Source of the DNA: Chloroflexota bacterium
GTDB lineage: Bacteria > Chloroflexota > UBA11872 > UBA12225
DNA: 64,000 nt
NCBI GenBank assembly: GCA_009693165.1
Contig: SHXX01000005.1
Span: 1,022 to 65,021 of the forward strand
Direction of reading: 5' to 3'
This document shows, piece by piece, positions 31,492-39,692 of the stretch. Positions within the stretch are counted from its first letter, which is position 1; each line of letters opens with the position of its first letter. The position numbers were made by a program, and so were the translations under genes. The notes below the pieces were generated by a model. That model was not told where the DNA came from, made no database searches, and was given only the letters and a program-made list of their open reading frames with translations.

Positions 31492-31644
31492 GTGTTGAAA
31501 CGGCTGGCCCGCGAAGAATCAGGGCAGGGTCTTGTCGAATACGCCTTGATTATCTTCCTCATCGCGGTCGTAGTGATCGCGATTCTGCTGCTGCTTGGCC
31601 CCCAGATTGCGAGCATCTTCAACAGCATCTACGCCACGATCTAG
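31492..31644 (+). CDS. Flp family type IVb pilin
   Basis: (M)LKRLAREESGQGLVEYALIIFLIAVVVIAILLLLGPQIASIFNSIYATI carries the Flp G/xxxxEY processing motif and a hydrophobic stretch. GGAGG lies upstream of GTG 31492 / TTG 31495. Confidence 0.8.
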   Translation: MLKRLAREESGQGLVEYALIIFLIAVVVIAILLLLGPQIASIFNSIYATI

Positions 31645-33491
31645 CCGGTACTGGAGATCACGGACTGGATGCCGGACTTCGTGTCCGCCTTCCGAGTGCT
31701 AGGCCGTGGCGGGTCTTCGTGGCAAGGTACGAAGACGGTGAACATTGTCCCCGTGTCTGCGGTGCTTGTCACTTGGATGTCACCTGCATGTCGGCGAGCG
31801 ATTTCCCTGGCGATTGCCAGTCCCAATCCACTGCCTTGGGCCACGCGTGCGCGGGATTTGTCAACGCGATAGAACCGGTCGAAGATGTGAGGCAGGTCGG
31901 CCTCGGGAATTACCGTGCCGGTGTTATGCACGCGGATGTATCCGCGGGCACCGGCTGAAGCGCGGGTTGTCGGACTTTCCTGCCCCGTCGTGATCGTGAT
32001 CGTGCCGCCGTCTGGGGTGTACTTGATAGCGTTTTGGATCAGGTTTCCGACCAAGTGATCGAGTTGGCCGGGGTCGCCCGTGATCATCGGTCCCGAACCG
32101 CCAACAACGTTCACCGAAAGGTTTCGTACCTCGGCAAGATGGGTGAGACGGCGGACGATTTCGTTGACGACCGTTGACGCGCTGAACTTCTCTCGTCGGG
32201 CATTCGGCTCCAACGCTTCGACGCGCGAGAGGTAGAGCAGGTCTTCGACGAGGTTGCTCATCCGCTGGGCCTCTTCGGTGATGATCAGGGCAGCTTGGGT
32301 CTGGCCCTCTTCGCCACTCAGTGCACCGTCAAGCAGGGCCCCGGCAAACCCCTGGATTGATGTCAATGGCGTGCGGAGCTCATGAGACGCGTCTGCCACG
32401 AAGTCGCGAAGCGATTGCTGCGATTGAGCGATTTGCGTCGCCATATGGTTGAAGGTGTTTGCAAGTTGGGCGATTTCGTCCCGGCCATTGGCCGGGACCC
32501 GTTGTGAGAGATCGCCGTCGGCCACGCGTCGCGCTGCCTCGGTAATCCGTGCGATTGGACGGCTAATCGTCGATGCAAGTGCACTCGCCACGGCTACGCT
32601 GATCAGGAACGCGATGACGGCGGCGAGGGACAGGCGCGTGGCGAGTTCGCGCCAGGCAGAACGAACATCGCTGGATGGGGTCGCCAGGACGATCTGGTAC
32701 TTGGACGGCGACGCGAGCATTCGCGCCATGTCTGATGAGGTACGTGACAGATCCGGTCCGGGCGCACCGCGCCCGCCACCTGGCATCGGACGGTCACCAA
32801 CCGGAAAAGGTCTCTCGGTGCCCGAGCGTGCTAAGGGACGACCTCCCGGCAAGGTTCGCCTCACGGATCCTGCAGGATCATTCCGAAGTGACTTCAGGTC
32901 TGCGGTGACAAGCATCACAAGGTGGCCAGAGATGTCAGACGTTTCCTCCCAAACCTTGACCGGCGGGCCGACCGATCCCAATCGTGCCCGTGCCCCGAAG
33001 ATCCCCCACTGGGAACTCGCGGCCGTCGCCTCGGTTGGGATGGTCAGTTTTCGGCCGAGCAAGTCGGGTGCCTCGTCGCCATCATTGTCCCGACCCCGTT
33101 GGGCGACCACCTTCCCTGTTTCATCGAGTACCAGAACCGACTGGGCTTCGCCCTGGACCTGGCCTGAGACGAAGGATGCAATCTCGTCCGGGAGCAGTGA
33201 CTGGTCTTCCATCTGGCGAGAAATGAACGTGCTGATGACGGCGAGATCACTGAGATGGTCGACGGCGATCCGGATCCGGTAGTCCTGAATGAGCCACACA
33301 ACTGCGCCACCCGCCAGTAAGAGGGTCAGGAAGATGACCATGGCGAACGCACCGACCATCCGCGCCTGCAATCCGAAGAGGCGGATTGGTAGCCCGTCGA
33401 TACCTGCACGCACCAACGAAGCCAACCGTGTGACCAAAGCCGGACGAACCGGCGTGGCAGTCAGAACCTGGTTCGGTGCGCTCATCGTCAT
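31641..33491 (-). CDS. Sensor histidine kinase (two TM segments, extracytoplasmic loop, HAMP, HisKA, HATPase)
   Basis: Has the H-box FVADASHELRTPLTSIQGF and the G-box GSGLGLAIAREIARRHAG. Lies downstream of its OmpR-type partner. Confidence 0.9.
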   Translation of the reverse strand: MTMSAPNQVLTATPVRPALVTRLASLVRAGIDGLPIRLFGLQARMVGAFAMVIFLTLLLAGGAVVWLIQDYRIRIAVDHLSDLAVISTFISRQMEDQSLLPDEIASFVSGQVQGEAQSVLVLDETGKVVAQRGRDNDGDEAPDLLGRKLTIPTEATAASSQWGIFGARARLGSVGPPVKVWEETSDISGHLVMLVTADLKSLRNDPAGSVRRTLPGGRPLARSGTERPFPVGDRPMPGGGRGAPGPDLSRTSSDMARMLASPSKYQIVLATPSSDVRSAWRELATRLSLAAVIAFLISVAVASALASTISRPIARITEAARRVADGDLSQRVPANGRDEIAQLANTFNHMATQIAQSQQSLRDFVADASHELRTPLTSIQGFAGALLDGALSGEEGQTQAALIITEEAQRMSNLVEDLLYLSRVEALEPNARREKFSASTVVNEIVRRLTHLAEVRNLSVNVVGGSGPMITGDPGQLDHLVGNLIQNAIKYTPDGGTITITTGQESPTTRASAGARGYIRVHNTGTVIPEADLPHIFDRFYRVDKSRARVAQGSGLGLAIAREIARRHAGDIQVTSTADTGTMFTVFVPCHEDPPRPSTRKADTKSGIQSVISSTG

Positions 33492-33534
33492 CCCTGTGCG
33501 CTGGAAGTTTTCTTCGCGGTTTTGAACTAGTTGG

Positions 33535-34242
33535 TCAGGTGCCGCGCTGGCCGGGCTGATTGGGGGTTTCCATCGCGACTAGCTTGTAGCCGACGCCTCT
33601 GACTGTCTGGACTTGCGCACAACTTCCTTCGAGTTTGTCGCGTACCCAGGTCACATGGACATCGACCGTGCGGCTGTCGCCGAAGTACTCATACCCCCAT
33701 ACCCTGCTCAGGAGTTGCTCGCGACTAAGGACGCGCCCGTTCTCCTGGGCGAGCGCAAGCAGTAGGTCAAACTCCTTGGCGCGCATCTGGACCGGCTTCC
33801 CGGAAATTGTTACTTCGCGACGCCCGGGGTCGATTGATACATCTCCGACATCAACGGTCGTGTCCACTTCAACCCGGCTGGTTGCGCGTCGTAGCACGGC
33901 CTTGACCCTTGCGACGAGTTCCCGGGGATTGAAGGGCTTGGTCACATAGTCATCCGCGCCTAGTTCCAGGCCGACCACCTTGTCAACGTCGTCACCGCGC
34001 GCGGTCAGCATGATGATTGGGATGCTGGTGTCCTTGCGGAGGCGTCGACAGACTTCAAGGCCGTCGATCCGAGGCATCATGATGTCGAGTACTACAAGGT
34101 CTGGCCGGCTGCGCCGAACCTTGTCCAGGACCTCTTGCCCATCAATTGCGGTTTCAACGGTGAAACCGTCCTTGACGAGATAGAGTCGACAGAGTTCGAG
34201 GATGTTCTTTTCGTCGTCGGCGACGAGAATTGTCATTGGCAT
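33535..34242 (-). CDS. OmpR/PhoB-family response regulator
   Basis: Has MPMTILVADDEKNILE, the phospho-acceptor context DLVVLDIMMP, and a C-terminal winged helix ...VRGVGYKL. Confidence 0.9.
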   Translation of the reverse strand: MPMTILVADDEKNILELCRLYLVKDGFTVETAIDGQEVLDKVRRSRPDLVVLDIMMPRIDGLEVCRRLRKDTSIPIIMLTARGDDVDKVVGLELGADDYVTKPFNPRELVARVKAVLRRATSRVEVDTTVDVGDVSIDPGRREVTISGKPVQMRAKEFDLLLALAQENGRVLSREQLLSRVWGYEYFGDSRTVDVHVTWVRDKLEGSCAQVQTVRGVGYKLVAMETPNQPGQRGT

Positions 34243-34430
34243 TGGATTGAATTGCCTCGCTGTTCGTGGCTTGTTCCCCAACCATGGACGATGCGTGCTA
34301 ACGCCGTGTTGAATGCGGGCTAAGGTTCGGGATTGCCGAGGGGAGTGGTCGCACGATAGCCTACGGGCGGCGTCGGGCGAGAGTTTGGTGCGATGATGCG
34401 GAAAGCGTTCACGCGGAGGATCCGAATTCC

Positions 34431-34949
34431 ATGGTGTTGCGAAGTCTGTTGGGACGGTCCCAGGCTGGGGCGGAAGTTGATGCGGCCGCGATTGCCGACC
34501 GTCAGGCGCGCCTGCAGAGGCGATATGCCGAGATCATGGAGGAGTATGCCGACGCGGAATACTTCGACCCGAAGCCATACCGCGAACTCTCTATCGGCGA
34601 GGCGAAGGCCGGGAGGACACCGGCCGTCGAGTTCATGTCTCGAAATGCGTCCATGCGCGTCTACGCGCTGATGGGTCGTGAGGAAATGCGTCGTGCGGCG
34701 CTGATCCGAAGCCTTGGGATGCGGTATGACGACCTTGAGCCTAAGCAGGTGGCGGAAATCATTGACCTGAAACCGGGAGACCGGCCCGGCATGGAATATG
34801 GGGCAATCAACCTTGGTCCGGTGCCAGAACTCATCCAAGCCTCCGGGACACAGTGGAGACTGTTCGTTGAGTTGGCCTACAACGCGGCCAGTGGTAGCGG
34901 CCGTCGCGGAAATGTGACGCGACGCTTCATCCTGGACTGTGTGCTGTAG
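34431..34949 (+). CDS. Hypothetical cytoplasmic protein, no family recognised
   Basis: 172 aa with protein-like composition and GC-rich third codon positions. The overlapping minus ORF 34320..35009 is Arg/His-rich and looks spurious. Confidence 0.55.
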   Translation: MVLRSLLGRSQAGAEVDAAAIADRQARLQRRYAEIMEEYADAEYFDPKPYRELSIGEAKAGRTPAVEFMSRNASMRVYALMGREEMRRAALIRSLGMRYDDLEPKQVAEIIDLKPGDRPGMEYGAINLGPVPELIQASGTQWRLFVELAYNAASGSGRRGNVTRRFILDCVL

Positions 34950-35059
34950 GCCAACAGTCCAACCCGTTGCTGTCATCCCGCGGTCATCGCACTGGTCCGG
35001 TGGTGTCAAACCGTTAACACATCCGGTACGACAGTTTCACGGTCGCGGGGTATATCTTG

Positions 35060-35080
35060 CGTACGGGACATTCCCGTACG
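35060..35080. promoter_or_regulatory. Perfect 9-bp inverted repeat just upstream of the adaptor gene's ribosome-binding site
   Basis: CGTACGGGA-CAT-TCCCGTACG at 35060-35080, preceded by TATATC (35051-35056) and followed by GAGGAG and GTG 35094. Confidence 0.3.
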
Positions 35081-35093
35081 TGAGGAGACCGCA

Positions 35094-37448
35094 GTGCGAT
35101 CATTGAAGGCGACCCAATACCTGTCTCTCGTAGCAATGCTAGGAGTGACGTCCGGTGCAGGGTATTACGGCTACCAACGGTACTACCCGAAGCCTATCGT
35201 CGCTGCTCAAGTGAACGCCGTAGACGTGGCGATGGGGAACCTCACCGCATCGGTCACCGCGACCGGTTCCGTTGCCAGTCCGGCGCAATCGAAGTTGACC
35301 TTCAAGGCAGGCGGACGCCTTTCCGAAATGAAGGTCAACATTGGCGATACCGTCAAGTCTGGGCAGGTCCTTGCCCGGCTTGATGACGCCGATTTGCAGA
35401 TGGCGCTTGCTCAGGCGCGCGGGTCGTTGAGAATCGCCACGATCAAGTTGGAGCAACTGCGGGCCGGGCCTCGGGCAGAGGACGTGCGAGCGTCTGAGGC
35501 TTCCGTTGAGAGCGCACGGTTGCGTCTTGAGCAGGTGCGCGCCTACGAGGCTGGTCCCGAGTTTGCCATCGTCAAGTCTCAGCTGGAACAGGCTCGGCTC
35601 AAGTTGGAGCAACTTGAAGGTGGAACCCGTGCCGAGGACCTTGACGCAGCACGTGCGCAAGTTGAAAGTGCGCGGGCGAGGCTCGCGCAATTGAGATCAC
35701 CGCGCGCGGACGATCTCGAGGCAGCACGTGCCCAGGTTGCGTCGGCGCAGGCAAGGTTGGCACAGGTCAGGCAACCGCGCCCCGAGGACATCTCGACTGC
35801 CCAGATCCAGGTGCAATCGCAATTGACGCGGCTCGAGCAACTCCGGAACCCTCGACCTGAGGACATTCGAAACGCCGAGGCCGCGGTGACGTCGGCCCAG
35901 GTACGTCTCCAGGCAGTCATCAAGCCCCGCGCCGAGGATCTTGCCAATGCGCAAGGATCACTCGACCAGCAGCAGACGCGTCTTGCGCAGATCCTGGATG
36001 CCCCCAAGGCCAAGCCAGAGGACAGCGCCAACGCGGTGCTTCAAGTACAGAGCGCGCAGGTCAACCTTGACCGGGCGCGCGCCAGTCAGGCTACGGCGTC
36101 ATCCCGGTCTTCGACGATCACTCAAGCCGACGCGGATGCCTCCGTGCAGTCCGCCCAGATTTCATTGCAGACCCAGCAGAACAACCTCGCGAAGCTGCAG
36201 GGACAGGGCCCGACGGACTGGGAAGTGCGCCTGCAGCAACAGGCAGTCGCACAAGCGCAGACAAGCCTCGACAAGCTAAGGAACCCGAGCGCCACCGATA
36301 TCCAGACGGCGCAGATTGCCGTTGATCAGGCGCAGACTAGTCTCGAGAAGCTCCGGAACCCAAGTCCATATGACATCACGGTAGCTGAACAATCCGTGGC
36401 GCAGGCACAGCTTGCCCTTGACAAGCTTCGCACCCCAACAGGGGCGGACCTCCTCGCAGCACAGCAAACGGTGGTCCAGGCGGAGACCGCACTCCAGAAA
36501 CTCCTCAATCCGTCCGAAGCTGACCTCCTTGCCGCGCAGCAGTCCGTCATTCAGGCGGAGACCTCGCTTGAGAAACTTGTCAACCCGATCCCCTACGACC
36601 TGCAGACCCAGCGTCAGGCCTACGCGCAGGCGGTGATGTCGCTCGAACGGGCACTCGCTTCAAATAAGTTCGACATCCAGAACGCTGAAGTGTCGCTTCG
36701 GCAGGCGCAGGCACAACTCGACTTGAAGCTCGCCGGCTCGACCACCTGGGATATCCAGTCGGCCGAGGCATCGGTGGAACAGGCGAAGCTAGGTGTTGCG
36801 CAAGCCGAAACGAACCTGTCGAATGCGATCCTGACCGCGCCGTTCGACGGCGCGGTATCCGCCATCGCGGGCAATATTGGCGAGCAAGTTGGGTCGGGCA
36901 CTCCGACTGTCACGCTGACCGACACGCGTGTCCTGCGTATTGACGTCATTGTGGACGAGACGGACGTCGGCAAGATCAAGCCGGGCCAGGCCTCCACCGT
37001 CACGCTTGAAAGCATGACCGGCATGCGTTTTCCTGGCAAGGTCATTGTGGTCGCGCCCACAGCCACTGTCCAGCAGGGGGTCGTGAACTATCAGGTACAA
37101 GTCCAGCTTGACCCTGGTAACACCGCTGCAATCCGTCCTGGAATGTCTGCGACTGCGCAGGTAGTCATTGCGAGCCGGGAAAACGTCGTGGTTGTTCCAA
37201 ACCGGGCAATCAAGCTGGCTCAGCGCACCCGGACGGTGACCGTGCAACTGCCTGAGGGCAAGACCGAGGTCCGGACCGTACAGGTAGGACTTGCCAACGA
37301 TCAGCAGACAGAGATCACCGGGGGCCTTGTTGCTGGTGATCGGGTCATCATTCCGAGCACGACCGTGGCGTCGATTGGTGCACCCGGCGGTGGTGGGCCT
37401 GGCGGTGGTGGGGGTCCTCCGCGCGGCGTTCCGGGCGGTCGGGACTAG
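35094..37448 (+). CDS. MacA/HlyD-family periplasmic adaptor with a greatly expanded helical-repeat region
   Basis: N-terminal TM anchor, barrel-sandwich halves (KLTFKAGGRLSEMKVNIGDTVKSGQVLARLD ... ILTAPFDGAVSAI), beta-barrel and membrane-proximal domains, and a Gly/Pro tail GAPGGGGPGGGGGPPRGVPGGRD. It lies upstream of the MacB ATPase and permease. Confidence 0.85.
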   Translation: MRSLKATQYLSLVAMLGVTSGAGYYGYQRYYPKPIVAAQVNAVDVAMGNLTASVTATGSVASPAQSKLTFKAGGRLSEMKVNIGDTVKSGQVLARLDDADLQMALAQARGSLRIATIKLEQLRAGPRAEDVRASEASVESARLRLEQVRAYEAGPEFAIVKSQLEQARLKLEQLEGGTRAEDLDAARAQVESARARLAQLRSPRADDLEAARAQVASAQARLAQVRQPRPEDISTAQIQVQSQLTRLEQLRNPRPEDIRNAEAAVTSAQVRLQAVIKPRAEDLANAQGSLDQQQTRLAQILDAPKAKPEDSANAVLQVQSAQVNLDRARASQATASSRSSTITQADADASVQSAQISLQTQQNNLAKLQGQGPTDWEVRLQQQAVAQAQTSLDKLRNPSATDIQTAQIAVDQAQTSLEKLRNPSPYDITVAEQSVAQAQLALDKLRTPTGADLLAAQQTVVQAETALQKLLNPSEADLLAAQQSVIQAETSLEKLVNPIPYDLQTQRQAYAQAVMSLERALASNKFDIQNAEVSLRQAQAQLDLKLAGSTTWDIQSAEASVEQAKLGVAQAETNLSNAILTAPFDGAVSAIAGNIGEQVGSGTPTVTLTDTRVLRIDVIVDETDVGKIKPGQASTVTLESMTGMRFPGKVIVVAPTATVQQGVVNYQVQVQLDPGNTAAIRPGMSATAQVVIASRENVVVVPNRAIKLAQRTRTVTVQLPEGKTEVRTVQVGLANDQQTEITGGLVAGDRVIIPSTTVASIGAPGGGGPGGGGGPPRGVPGGRD
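35385..36827 (+). repeat. About 17 tandem 25-29-aa helical repeats (consensus P-x-x-x-D-[IL]-x2-A-x3-V-x2-A-x3-L-x2-L-R-x) inside the adaptor
   Basis: Examples: PRADDLEAARAQVASAQARLAQVRQ, PRPEDISTAQIQVQSQLTRLEQLRN, PSATDIQTAQIAVDQAQTSLEKLRN, PSEADLLAAQQSVIQAETSLEKLVN. A non-repeat turn lies around aa 330-345. Confidence 0.75.
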
Positions 37449-37565
37449 CACCCGCACATTTCACACCCAGATTTGCAGACCGCGATCTACCGTGTGAAAC
37501 GGGCACCAGGGTGCAGGCCACCCTATGGCGAGACCCGGGTTCGACCGGCTACCGAGGAGACAACC

Positions 37566-38339
37566 ATGCAGCGTGACGTTGAACAGGCGGTTGGAACGGA
37601 CCCACGTGGTGTTGTGATCCGTGCCGAAGCATTGTCCAAGACGTACCAGATGGGTGATGTGGCCGTCAGGGCGCTGAACGGCGCGTCCTTCGAGGTCCGC
37701 ACTGGCGAGATGATGTCAATCATGGGTCCAAGCGGTTCGGGCAAGTCGACGCTGATGAACATCCTGGGATGTCTTGACCAGCCGACGTCGGGAACCTACT
37801 GGCTTGACGGAACCGAGACCAGCAAGCTCGACGATGACGAGCTCGCCTCGATCAGGAACAGGAAGATCGGCTTCGTATTCCAGCAATTCAACCTGCTGGC
37901 GCGTACCCCGGCAGTTGAGCAGGTGGAACTGCCATTGCTGTACGCGGGGGTATCGCAGAGACGGAAACGTGCACTGGCAGCGCTTGACCGCGTTGGCCTC
38001 GCAGATCGGTTGCACCATCGGCCGACTGAGCTTTCGGGCGGGCAGCAGCAGCGGGTTGCAATTGCGCGGGCACTCGTGGGTGAACCGGCCATCATCCTTG
38101 CCGATGAACCGACTGGCTCCCTGGACTCCCGGACCTCCGAGGAAGTGATGGCCATCTTCCAGCAACTCAACCGCGAGGGCATCACCGTCGTGTTCGTGAC
38201 TCACGAACGGGACATTGCCGAACATACGAGGCGGATCATCCGGTTGATGGATGGTCGGATCGCCAGCGACCTGTCGATACCGGTGGAAGAACAAAGGACC
38301 GCGCGCACGATCCACGAACCGATCGAAGCACCGGCCTGA
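37566..38339 (+). CDS. MacB-type ABC transporter ATP-binding protein
   Basis: Trimmed to [10 protein letters not shown] behind GAGGAG. Has [24 protein letters not shown] and [11 protein letters not shown]. Confidence 0.92.
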   Translation: MQRDVEQAVGTDPRGVVIRAEALSKTYQMGDVAVRALNGASFEVRTGEMMSIMGPSGSGKSTLMNILGCLDQPTSGTYWLDGTETSKLDDDELASIRNRKIGFVFQQFNLLARTPAVEQVELPLLYAGVSQRRKRALAALDRVGLADRLHHRPTELSGGQQQRVAIARALVGEPAIILADEPTGSLDSRTSEEVMAIFQQLNREGITVVFVTHERDIAEHTRRIIRLMDGRIASDLSIPVEEQRTARTIHEPIEAPA

Positions 38340-38361
38340 ACACCGGTGGGGGACGACAACA

Positions 38362-39624
38362 ATGGGATTTCTCGAAAGCGTGCGGATGGCGTTGCGTGCG
38401 CTGGGCGCAAACAAGCTGCGTGCCGCCCTGACGATGCTTGGTGTCATCATCGGCGTTGCCGCGGTAATTGCGTTGATGTCCATCGGCCGTGGGATTCAGG
38501 CGAGCATCCAGGCGCAAATCCAGGCCCTCGGGTCGAATCTCTTGTTCGTCAGCCCTGGTGCGCAGAACCAAGGTGGCGTCCGCACACAGGCCGGTAGTGC
38601 GCCGTCCCTGACGTATGAGGATGCCTTGGCAATCCTCGAGTCGGGGCGGGTACCCGAGGTGCTCGGTGTCGCACCGGAGTCAGGTGGGTTTGCCCAGGTG
38701 GTGGCGAATGGCCAGAACACGAACGTAAGGGTGACTGGGGTGACACCCTCGTACGAGGATGTGCGCAGTTTTCACGCCGCGATCGGCGAGTTCATTACAC
38801 GGGACCAGGTGGACAGCCGCTCGCTTGTTGCCGTGCTCGGTGCGAACACCAAGACCCTCCTGTTTGGCGAAGGCGATGCGATCGGCCAGACGATCCGGGT
38901 GAACCAGCAGAACGTGGCAGCCAACCTGCGCGTCGTCGGGGTCCTTGAACCAAAGGGGTCCGGGTTTGGAGGCAGTCAGGACGATCTTGTGCTGGTGCCA
39001 ATCACGACTCAGATGACCCGCCTCAATCGGGCGCGGACTTCGAGGGGTGGTTTCACAGTCTCATCAATCAATGTTCAACTCGCCGATGAGAAGGTCGGGA
39101 CATCGAACCTGGCGGTTCAGAACATTGGTGAATTGCTGCGGGAGCGGCATCGGGTCATTGAGGATGACTTCACGATCCGTAGCCAACAGGACATCCTGAA
39201 TACCGCCACCCAGATTACCGGGGCGATCACCCTGTTCCTAGGGGCCGTCGCGGGTATCTCCCTGCTTGTCGGTGGCATCGGGATCATGAACATCATGCTC
39301 GTGTCGGTGACCGAGCGTACCCGTGAGATCGGGATCAGGAAGGCGATCGGCGCAACGCGTCGTGACATCCTGACGCAATTCCTGATCGAGGCAACTGTCG
39401 TGAGCGTCCTCGGGGGAGGCATCGGCATTGCGCTCGGTGGCGGGGGCGCCCAACTTTTGAATGGCATTTCGTTTGGGGGTGGCCAGACACTCACGACGGT
39501 GGTCTCGCTCGATGCCGTCTTGCTCGCATTCACCGTCTCGGCCTGCATCGGCCTGTTCTTTGGGGTCTACCCGGCGGTCAAGGCATCACGACTTCACCCC
39601 ATCGAGGCACTGCGGTACGAGTAG
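38362..39624 (+). CDS. MacB/FtsX-family ABC transporter permease
   Basis: Trimmed to MGFLESVRMALRALGANKLRAALTMLGVIIGVAAVI. Has a large extracytoplasmic domain followed by FtsX TM segments (REIGIRKAIGATRRDIL). Confidence 0.9.
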   Translation: MGFLESVRMALRALGANKLRAALTMLGVIIGVAAVIALMSIGRGIQASIQAQIQALGSNLLFVSPGAQNQGGVRTQAGSAPSLTYEDALAILESGRVPEVLGVAPESGGFAQVVANGQNTNVRVTGVTPSYEDVRSFHAAIGEFITRDQVDSRSLVAVLGANTKTLLFGEGDAIGQTIRVNQQNVAANLRVVGVLEPKGSGFGGSQDDLVLVPITTQMTRLNRARTSRGGFTVSSINVQLADEKVGTSNLAVQNIGELLRERHRVIEDDFTIRSQQDILNTATQITGAITLFLGAVAGISLLVGGIGIMNIMLVSVTERTREIGIRKAIGATRRDILTQFLIEATVVSVLGGGIGIALGGGGAQLLNGISFGGGQTLTTVVSLDAVLLAFTVSACIGLFFGVYPAVKASRLHPIEALRYE

Positions 39625-39692
39625 GTGTGTTGGACGCGTGCCAACGTCCCGATAAGGGGTTTGGCACGGTCAACTTGGAAGGACGCTTGGGA

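Noticed and set aside
31641-31644. The Flp pilin and histidine kinase genes converge and share the tetranucleotide CTAG as overlapping stop codons.
   Set aside because: It is real in the sequence, but most simply a coincidence of compact convergent genes. There is no evidence of function beyond the lack of room for terminators.
34320-35009. 229-aa minus-strand ORF overlapping the 172-aa plus-strand ORF.
   Set aside because: The product is Arg/His/Pro-rich with poor codon pattern. The plus-strand frame has GC-rich third positions and balanced composition, so only the plus ORF was kept, and that with modest confidence.
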